In this document: piece by piece, positions 56,823 through 64,000 of the stretch
Numbering within the stretch: position 1 is the first letter of the stretch
Layout: the number at the start of each line of letters is the position of its first letter
Virus record (IMG/VR): IMGVR_UViG_2823592041_000002
Span: 1-64,000 of that record
Source: a virus
Lineage: Duplodnaviria; Caudoviricetes
Length of the DNA: 64,000 nucleotides
Reading direction: 5' to 3' (one strand)
Notes under the pieces: generated by a model
Databases searched by the model: none
The model's input: the letters and a program-made list of their open reading frames with translations, nothing else
Told to the model about the DNA's origin: nothing
Made by a program: the position numbers and the translations under genes

Positions 56823-58450
56823 TGGAAACTCCCGAACAAGATATAGAACATTTTCAGGGAAATCCTCTTGTTAAAAAAGTTGGAGCTCAAATCCAATTTA
56901 CTAAAGAGCAGATTGAAGAGTATGTTAAATGTTCTCAAGACCCCTTCTATTTTATTGAAAAATATATGAAGATTGTAACCATCGATTCTGGTGTCCAAGT
57001 AATCAAACTCTACGATTTTCAAAGAGAGATGATCAATAAGTTTGTAAATGAGAAGTTTATTTTAGCAAAATGTGCTAGACAGTCTGGAAAGACTATTGGT
57101 GTTGAATCGTTTATCCTTTGGTCTATTCTGTTCAAGGACAACTATCGTGTAGGTATGTTTGCGAACAAGTTTGATACATCCAAAAAGATTCTGAAAGAAA
57201 TCAAATACTCATATGAACAACTCCCTATGTGGCTACAACAGGGTGTTGTTACTTGGAACAAACACAGTATAGAACTTGAAAATGGTTCCTCAATCACATC
57301 ATCCTCAACTTCTGGTGATGCTGGACGCTCAAGAACATACAATTTAGTATTTTTGGACGAGTTTGCCTTTGTTCCAGATTACGTTGCTGCTGACTTTTTC
57401 ACTGCCGTATATCCAACGATATCCTCTGGTAAGAATACGAAAGTTATTATCATTTCAACTCCAAATGGGTTGAACTTTTTTTATAGAATGTGGGTTGAAG
57501 CACAAGAAGGCAGATCAAATTATAAATTATTCGAAGCAAATTGGAGAGCAGTTCCAAGTAGAGATGATGCTTGGGCAGATGAAACTCTCGCTAATGTTGG
57601 AGAAAAAGCATTTCAACAAGAATATGAATGCGATTTCTTAGGTTCATCAAACACTTTGATATCAACCACGAAAATAAAAGAGATGGTGTGGAAAAAACCT
57701 GTGAAGAGGTATCAGGGAGGTTTAGCAATTTATGAAGAACCTAAACCAAGAAACCAATACATAGTCACTGTGGATGTTTCTAGAGGTATAGGGAAGGACT
57801 ACTCAGCATTCACGGTAATAAATGTATCTGATTTCCCATATAAGATTGCAGCAAAGTACCAGAACAATGAAATATCCCCTATGGTATTTCCGAATACGAT
57901 ATATGAAACTGCAACTCACTTCAATCAAGCAATGGTTTTAGTTGAGGTGAACGATATTGGAGAACAGGTTGGGGCAATTTTATACAACGATTTAGAATAT
58001 GAAGACCTTATCATGACTGAACATGGTGGAAGAAAAGGTCAAAGAATTTCTTCAGGTTTTGGTAGCAATGTTTATTATGGTGTCAGAATGACTGGTAATG
58101 TCAAAAAGATTGGTATGGCCAATTTGAAAACTATGATAGAATCGGATAAACTATTGATCCATGATGTAGACATTATTACTGAACTGTCAACTTTTGTACA
58201 AAAACGAAACAGTTATGAGGCAGAAGAAGGTTATAATGATGACTTGGTTATGTGTCTTGTAATTTTCGGTTGGGTCTCAAATCAAGAGTATTTTAAGGAA
58301 TTGACAAACTCTGATATTAGAAAGAAATTGGAAAAAGAAAGGGAACAGGAAATAATGGAGGCATCTTTACCTCCTGGGTTTGTTGTTAATGGTGAAGAGG
58401 AAGAGAGTTTCACTGACTCAGATGGCACAGTTTGGTTTGTTGTAAGGTGA
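56819..58450 (+). CDS. gp17: terminase large subunit (T4 gp17)
   Basis: ARQSGKT, FLDEFAF, ISTPNG, VDVSRG, DDLVM. Confidence 0.97.
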   Translation: MMETPEQDIEHFQGNPLVKKVGAQIQFTKEQIEEYVKCSQDPFYFIEKYMKIVTIDSGVQVIKLYDFQREMINKFVNEKFILAKCARQSGKTIGVESFILWSILFKDNYRVGMFANKFDTSKKILKEIKYSYEQLPMWLQQGVVTWNKHSIELENGSSITSSSTSGDAGRSRTYNLVFLDEFAFVPDYVAADFFTAVYPTISSGKNTKVIIISTPNGLNFFYRMWVEAQEGRSNYKLFEANWRAVPSRDDAWADETLANVGEKAFQQEYECDFLGSSNTLISTTKIKEMVWKKPVKRYQGGLAIYEEPKPRNQYIVTVDVSRGIGKDYSAFTVINVSDFPYKIAAKYQNNEISPMVFPNTIYETATHFNQAMVLVEVNDIGEQVGAILYNDLEYEDLIMTEHGGRKGQRISSGFGSNVYYGVRMTGNVKKIGMANLKTMIESDKLLIHDVDIITELSTFVQKRNSYEAEEGYNDDLVMCLVIFGWVSNQEYFKELTNSDIRKKLEKEREQEIMEASLPPGFVVNGEEEESFTDSDGTVWFVVR

Positions 58451-58518
58451 AAATACCCTAATTTATAAATATCACTGATTGGAAAATAATTTTATTTTTT
58501 TATAAAAAGGAGAAAAAT

Positions 58519-60264
58519 ATGGCATCATTATTAAGTCCAGGGGTCATATCGAGAGAAATAGACTTGACAACAGTTACACCTGCTGTTGCATCTACAGAAG
58601 GTGGTATTGCTATGCATACCCAGTGGGGCCCAGCAGAGAAATTAGTATTAGTGACAGATGAATTAGACTTGGTTGATGTTTTTGGAAAACCAAACAATGA
58701 TAATGCTTCTGATTGGTTCACAGCAAAGAATTTTTTATCTTATTCTGGAGCATTATATGTTTCAAGAGCTCTTCCAGATGGAGCTAGAAATGCAGTTGCA
58801 GGTAATCCATTACAAAACGGAGATGCACCGAGTTCTGCATCAATTAAAAATTTAGACCATTTTGAATCACAAACATATACTATTAATGGTGAGTGGTCAG
58901 CAAAATACCCTGGAGCTCTAGGTGATAGTTTGAAAATTAGTCTCGCTGACAGGTCAACATATGATACTTGGTTATACAAGGATTTATTTTCAGAAAAACC
59001 TGATTATGATGAACTTCACATTGTTGTTGTAGATGAAGATGGTTTGATTTCTGGTGAAAAAGGAATTGTTTTAGAAAAATATGCTTTTCTTTCTAAGTTT
59101 TCAGATGGAAAATCCGAAGATGGGTCTTCCACATACTACGAAAAAGTTATAAATGACTCCTCTGAATATGTTTGGAGTTTAGGTGCTTATGCTGAACTGA
59201 CAGATTGGGGAAAGTTAGCAGATCAAGTTGTCGAATATGGTGCTGACGGTACAGTTTCAAATATTATTGGTGATGCAGGAGCTTTAATGTTATCTCATGA
59301 CCGTGATGGTGATGGAGACCCAGCAAATGATTTAATCAATTCGACACATTCCTTTATAAGTGGAAATGATGGAACTCCAATTCAAGGTGATAGAGTTGAT
59401 GCTCTTGAACTTTTTGTTGACGATGAATTGGTTGATATATCATTTCTTTTAGCTGGTGAAGCTGATATTTCAGTTATAAACAAAATATTTGCTATTGCTT
59501 CTTCAAGACAAGATTGTCTAGGTGTCATTTCACCCGAGAAAGATGATGTTGTAAACGCAATAGACCCAATGGACAATGTAAAAACTTTTAGAGAAACATT
59601 GAATGTTGGTGGATTGAAAGACTTAAAAGGTAGTTTCATGGTTATGGATGATAACTGGAAATACCAATTTGATAAGTATAATAACTTAAATAGATGGGTT
59701 CCTTGTAATGGTGATACTGCTGGATTGATGGCAGAAACTGACATCGAAAGAGCTGCTTGGTTCAGTCCAGGGGGTAGGTCTTTGAAGAATGTTATCAAAC
59801 TTGCTTGGAAATCTAAGAAAGCGGAAAGAGATGTTCTTTATCCTCTAGGTGTCAACTCAGTTACAACTTTTCCAGGAGAAGGAGCAATCCTTTATGGTGA
59901 CAGAACAATGTTGAAAAGGCCTTCCGCATTTGATAGAATTAATGTTCGAAGATTGTTCATTATTTTGAGAAAGACTATTTCAAGAACTGCTAGGTCATTC
60001 TTGTTTGAATTGAACACTGAATTTACCAGAGAAAGGTTCAAGAGTACTGTTATTCCTTTCTTGGAAGAAGTTCAAGGGAGACAAGGAATCACTGATTTCT
60101 TAGTTGTTTGTGATGAAACTAATAATACTGGTCAAGTTATAGATCAAAATCGATTTATAGGTGACATTTACATTAAACCTGCCAGAAGTATTAACTTTAT
60201 TGAATTAAATTTTGTTGCTGTTAGAACAGACGTTGAATTTAGTGAAGTTGTTGGTTCGGTATAA
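58519..60264 (+). CDS. gp18: tail sheath protein (T4 gp18)
   Basis: SPGV..REIDLT, SAFDRINVRRLF, IKPARSINFI; TATAAATA at 58464. Confidence 0.97.
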   Translation: MASLLSPGVISREIDLTTVTPAVASTEGGIAMHTQWGPAEKLVLVTDELDLVDVFGKPNNDNASDWFTAKNFLSYSGALYVSRALPDGARNAVAGNPLQNGDAPSSASIKNLDHFESQTYTINGEWSAKYPGALGDSLKISLADRSTYDTWLYKDLFSEKPDYDELHIVVVDEDGLISGEKGIVLEKYAFLSKFSDGKSEDGSSTYYEKVINDSSEYVWSLGAYAELTDWGKLADQVVEYGADGTVSNIIGDAGALMLSHDRDGDGDPANDLINSTHSFISGNDGTPIQGDRVDALELFVDDELVDISFLLAGEADISVINKIFAIASSRQDCLGVISPEKDDVVNAIDPMDNVKTFRETLNVGGLKDLKGSFMVMDDNWKYQFDKYNNLNRWVPCNGDTAGLMAETDIERAAWFSPGGRSLKNVIKLAWKSKKAERDVLYPLGVNSVTTFPGEGAILYGDRTMLKRPSAFDRINVRRLFIILRKTISRTARSFLFELNTEFTRERFKSTVIPFLEEVQGRQGITDFLVVCDETNNTGQVIDQNRFIGDIYIKPARSINFIELNFVAVRTDVEFSEVVGSV

Positions 60265-60281
60265 GATAGGAGAATAGAAAA

Positions 60282-60836
60282 ATGGCTTATTCAATACAGA
60301 ATATTAAATCGAATTTGACAGGTGGGGGAGCACGTTCCGCTCTCTTCAAAGTAACTTTTGACTATCCAGATGGCATTAGTGCTATATCTGGAGAGAAACT
60401 TCAGTTTTTGTGTAAAGCATCTCAAATTCCTGCTTCTACAATAAACAAACTTGAAGTTGATTATATGGGTAGAAAAGTTAAACTTGCTGGGGTTAGACCA
60501 GAATTTGCTGACTGGACTGTAACCATAATTAATGATGAAGATTTTGCTATCAGAAATGATTTGGAAAATTGGATGAATTATATGAACGGTCATGTCGATA
60601 ATGCTCAACGAGTTAATCCTCTTGATTACAAGACTACAGGAAAAGTAACTCAGTTATCCAAAGATGGTTCTAAATTGAGGGAATATAATTTCAAGGGAAT
60701 TTTCCCAACTGAAATTGCTGCGATTGACTTGTCTTGGGATAGTGAAGATCTTGAAGAATTTGAAGTGACTTTTTCTGTTGACTGGTGGGAAGTTGCTGGC
60801 CAGAATTACCCAAAAGGTAATAACGGAACTAGTTAA
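60282..60836 (+). CDS. gp19: tail tube protein (T4 gp19)
   Basis: GGGAR..LF, CKASQIP, WTVTIINDEDF, EEFEVTF. Confidence 0.95.
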   Translation: MAYSIQNIKSNLTGGGARSALFKVTFDYPDGISAISGEKLQFLCKASQIPASTINKLEVDYMGRKVKLAGVRPEFADWTVTIINDEDFAIRNDLENWMNYMNGHVDNAQRVNPLDYKTTGKVTQLSKDGSKLREYNFKGIFPTEIAAIDLSWDSEDLEEFEVTFSVDWWEVAGQNYPKGNNGTS

Positions 60837-60857
60837 TAACAGTTTATATAACTATAA

Positions 60858-60897
60858 AGAAGGGTTCTACTAAATAATAGTGGAACTCTTTTTTTTT
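60858..60897 (+). terminator. intrinsic terminator with late promoter (ACTAAATA) in its loop
   Basis: AAGGGTTCTAC-TAAATAATA-GTGGAACTCTT then poly-T. Confidence 0.75.
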
Positions 60898-60912
60898 ATA
60901 TTATTGGAGAAT

Positions 60913-62655
60913 ATGATGCCAAAATTTCTAGGTTATGAATTTGATTTATTCGGTTTTTTAAAAACAGATGAGAAACCTGTACCACCTATATTAAATGAAC
61001 CAAATGACGATGGTTCAAAAATTGTTGAAGTATCACAAGATAAAGATGGGGCGGGTGTTTTCTTCACTTCTGGCACAACACTTAACTATGACAGTTCTTT
61101 TCAAGATGAAAAGGATTTGATAAAGAAATATAGAAATATGGCTTTTCAACCAGAAGTTGATGAAGCTATAAATGATATTGTTGTAGATTCTATTGTTGGG
61201 GATGAAAGGGAAGATACTGTAAAAGTAGACCTCCAAAGAACTGAATGGTCTAAAGGGATTCAGAAGAAGGTTGCTGAAGAGTTCTCAAATGTTCTCGATG
61301 TTCTAGAATTTAGAGGTAAAGGGTTTGAGATGTTCAAGTCTTGGTATATTGATGGTAGGATATTCTATCAAAAAGTCCCTCATAAAGATAGGAAAAAGGG
61401 TTTACATTCTGTCAAGAGGTTGGATTCTTTGAATATTAAGAAAGTAAAAGAAATTACAAAGAAGACGGATAAAGATACCGGTGTGCAGTATATTACTGAT
61501 GTTAAAGAGTATTATGTGTATAGTAAACAATCAAATTACCATCCAGGGTATACATCATCCAATTCAAATGCGACCACAAATATTAAAATCCCTACTGAGA
61601 ATATTGCTTATGCCCATTCTGGGTTGTTTGATAGTGAAAAGGAACAGGTTCTCTCACACCTTCACAAAGCAATGAAGACGTTGAATCAACTCTTAATGTT
61701 AGAGGATAGTGTTGTGATATATCGCATCTCTAGAGCTCCAGAAAGACGAGTATTCTATATTGATGTGGGTAATCTTCCAAGAACAAAAGCAGAACAGTAT
61801 CTTCAAGATATCATGAGAAGGTTTCGAAATAAGTTAGTTTATGATTCATCAACAGGTGAAGTGAAAGACGATAGAAAATTTACCACAATGACTGAAGATT
61901 ACTGGCTACCAAGAAGGGAAGGTAAAACAGGAACATCAATTGAAACTTTACCAGCTGGTTCAAATCTTGGTGAAATGGAAGACGTTGAATATTTCAAAAA
62001 GAAACTTTATAAGTCTTTGAATATCCCAACTTCTAGATTGGAACAGGAAACTGCCTTCAATATGGGGAGAAGTGGTGAGATAACCAGAGATGAAGTTAAG
62101 TTTGCTAAGTTTATTGATAGATTAAGAAGAAGATTTTCCGATGTTTTTTATGACCTTTTATCAACCCAACTTATCATGAAAGGTGTAATGAGTAAAGAGG
62201 ATTGGGAAGAGAATAAAGATAGAATTGAATTTGTATACTCTAATAATTCATATTTTTCAGAATTAAAGACGATGGAATTATTGAGGGAAAGGTTTTCTTT
62301 AGCAACTGATGCGGAATCATATATCGGTGAGTATTTATCTCGAAAATGGATGTATAATAACGTTTTTAAATTCAGTGATGCTGAAATTGCCGCTATGAAG
62401 AAAGAGATTGATATAGAACAAGGTGTTGGTGAAATCACACCGGATGATTTTGGAAATGCTGGTTCCGATTTGTCAAGTTCCGGTGGAGCTCCGTCCACCC
62501 CGCCACGAAAAGCTTTTGAACAACCTGAATCAAATGATAAAACAGTTTTAGGTGAAAGTGATTTGATTTCAAACTTCGAAAGTATAAATAGTTCGAATAC
62601 TAAGACAGTTTCTCAGTTGCTTGAGAGGATGTCTGAAGTTTTGGATGAAAAATAA
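60913..62655 (+). CDS. gp20: portal vertex protein (T4 gp20)
   Basis: WYIDGR, YRISRAPERRVFYIDVGNLP, EDYWLPRREG, ITRDEVKF. Confidence 0.97.
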   Translation: MMPKFLGYEFDLFGFLKTDEKPVPPILNEPNDDGSKIVEVSQDKDGAGVFFTSGTTLNYDSSFQDEKDLIKKYRNMAFQPEVDEAINDIVVDSIVGDEREDTVKVDLQRTEWSKGIQKKVAEEFSNVLDVLEFRGKGFEMFKSWYIDGRIFYQKVPHKDRKKGLHSVKRLDSLNIKKVKEITKKTDKDTGVQYITDVKEYYVYSKQSNYHPGYTSSNSNATTNIKIPTENIAYAHSGLFDSEKEQVLSHLHKAMKTLNQLLMLEDSVVIYRISRAPERRVFYIDVGNLPRTKAEQYLQDIMRRFRNKLVYDSSTGEVKDDRKFTTMTEDYWLPRREGKTGTSIETLPAGSNLGEMEDVEYFKKKLYKSLNIPTSRLEQETAFNMGRSGEITRDEVKFAKFIDRLRRRFSDVFYDLLSTQLIMKGVMSKEDWEENKDRIEFVYSNNSYFSELKTMELLRERFSLATDAESYIGEYLSRKWMYNNVFKFSDAEIAAMKKEIDIEQGVGEITPDDFGNAGSDLSSSGGAPSTPPRKAFEQPESNDKTVLGESDLISNFESINSSNTKTVSQLLERMSEVLDEK

Positions 62656-64000
62656 TGATTGATTTTAAACTTGACATAGATATTGAATCTAATTTATTAG
62701 AAGGTTTTGATAAATCTTTTGAAGATGTTTTTAATATTCAAAATTTTTCTGTTGAGTTGAACGAAAACCCTAAAAATGATATAGATGAAGTTTTTATGGA
62801 AAATTTTAATTTAAATAAAAACTTTTCTATCAATTTAAGTGAAAATGAAATAAAAGATATAGATTCCATTTTTAAAGAAGAGTTTGCGCCAAATCTTGGA
62901 ATGTCTTTTAATATAGATTTGAACCCTATAAAAAATTCAAATGATTCAGATTTTAGAAATCATTTTAAACTTCTTCAAAACTTTTCTATCAATTTAAGTG
63001 AAAATGAAATAAAAGATATAGATTCCATTTTTAAAGAAGAATTTTATCAACCAATTCCAGAACTTACGGTTTTGGAGAATGATATTATTTTACCTGAAAT
63101 CAAAAAACAAAATGATATTTTTGATATTTGTTTAGATTCAATGGGAAATGTTGATGATTTAATTTTTGAAGATTATTTTAAAGAAGATGTGAATTATGAT
63201 TATGGTATCATAAACAAGTTAAAGAAGGATTTGAATAGTAGGAAAATTTTAACTAGGGAAGAGAGGGAACAAATCCCTGAAAATGAGTCCATCATTTCTT
63301 CCATAGAGCTAGATAAAAAGGAAACGCTTTCCATAGAAGAAGATTTGAGAAAATCTGAAAGTGTGATAAAAGAAAACTCTTTTTATAAAATTGTTGAGAT
63401 TGATCAATCTGAATTAAAAAATACCCCAACCAAAGTTGAAACCAGTGTTGATACTTCTTACAGAGAAGAGGTTGACCAAAAAATAATAGACCTTGAAAGT
63501 AAGTATGAAGACCTTCTACAAAAAACAAAAGATGGGTATGAAGATAAACTTAGTAAAATAGTTGACGATTTCTCAAGTTTTAGAAATCATATTACACAAC
63601 AAGTCACTAGAATGTCTTTTATTGCTTCATCTTCTGCTGGGGGTGGAGCTGTTAATATTTTGGATATGGATGATGTTAATAAAACAAATCTTCAAAATGG
63701 TTACGTTCTATCATATAATAATTTTTCCAAGAAATTTGAATTTATAAATCCAGCAAATATAGGTTCTTCTGCATCTTTTGATAGTATGCAAGCAGACGTT
63801 TTCACAATAACTCAAAATGATTTAGATAACTCTTATATAGATTTGTCTGCACCAGCTGACAGTAATTATTATGAATTGTCTGAATTTCATATTAATGGTA
63901 TTGTCAATGTCCATCAAACAAATTATACTTTTTTATCATCAAATAGAGTGGATATTTCAAATCTAATCTTAGATGTCGGTGATATTATCAGAATAGTTTA
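62655..64000 (+). CDS. acidic hypothetical protein, 3'-truncated (missing from ORF track)
   Basis: ATG overlaps gp20 stop (TAATG); reads MIDFKLDIDIESNLLEG...; later SSAGGGAVNILDMDDV motif; frame appears open to window end. Confidence 0.7.
   Translation, partial: MIDFKLDIDIESNLLEGFDKSFEDVFNIQNFSVELNENPKNDIDEVFMENFNLNKNFSINLSENEIKDIDSIFKEEFAPNLGMSFNIDLNPIKNSNDSDFRNHFKLLQNFSINLSENEIKDIDSIFKEEFYQPIPELTVLENDIILPEIKKQNDIFDICLDSMGNVDDLIFEDYFKEDVNYDYGIINKLKKDLNSRKILTREEREQIPENESIISSIELDKKETLSIEEDLRKSESVIKENSFYKIVEIDQSELKNTPTKVETSVDTSYREEVDQKIIDLESKYEDLLQKTKDGYEDKLSKIVDDFSSFRNHITQQVTRMSFIASSSAGGGAVNILDMDDVNKTNLQNGYVLSYNNFSKKFEFINPANIGSSASFDSMQADVFTITQNDLDNSYIDLSAPADSNYYELSEFHINGIVNVHQTNYTFLSSNRVDISNLILDVGDIIRIV
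62818..63040 (+). repeat. 64-bp exact in-frame direct repeat (62818-62881, 62977-63040)
   Basis: Encodes NFSINLSENEIKDIDSIFKEE twice, 159 nt apart. Confidence 0.9.

Noticed and set aside
56819-62655. Inteins, introns or homing endonucleases in terminase, sheath or portal
   Set aside because: Proteins are of ordinary length with continuous motifs; no LAGLIDADG/HNH/GIY-YIG or splice signatures seen
2066-63747. Many short antisense or out-of-frame ORFs in the track (e.g. 4640-4981, 5009-5389, 13289-13723, 32910-33269, 59382-59798, 62148-62498, 63292-63528)
   Set aside because: Shadows of well-supported genes on the other strand or frame; no RBS or recognisable motifs
1-64000. Alternative genetic code (stop-codon reassignment)
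   Set aside because: Core genes are full length in the standard code and end in TAA, TAG and TGA

Overview
A 64 kb, AT-rich fragment of a large T4-like myovirus; the host cannot be determined. Bases ~840-28200 are mostly minus-strand early/accessory and replication genes. These include two LPD29-like paralogues, a PD-(D/E)xK nuclease, a DPPY DNA methyltransferase, tandem RelA/SpoT-type HD proteins, a DUF6948-like gene with three Gly-rich ORFs, CobS-like AAA+ with a split CobT/vWA partner, tRNA-Ser(GGA), two Mom-like and one DruA/DUF4338-like proteins, a class II aldolase, gp32, gp59, gp33, an exonuclease and PhoH. Bases ~28200-64000 are the virion morphogenesis block: gp29, 51, 26, 54/19-like, 2, 4, 48, 53, hub, 5, PAAR, 25, 6, 7, 8, VrlC-like and 13-20. 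Five observations stand out. (1) The gp51-like frame has no start codon and is reachable from gp26 by a U-UUU-UUA -1 frameshift, as in lambda G/GT. (2) Nine early sigma70-type promoters have a GATC overlapping the -10 box, near a phage MTase. (3) Three 3'-UTR elements display anti-Shine-Dalgarno sequence complementary to the phage's own early RBSs, alongside four apparently leaderless mRNAs, which may form a translational switch. (4) An intact ppGpp-hydrolase-like gene sits beside a catalytically degenerate copy. (5) TCGA/TTCGAA sites cluster around the nuclease/MTase genes. All family calls are by eye from motifs; no searches were run and counts are manual.
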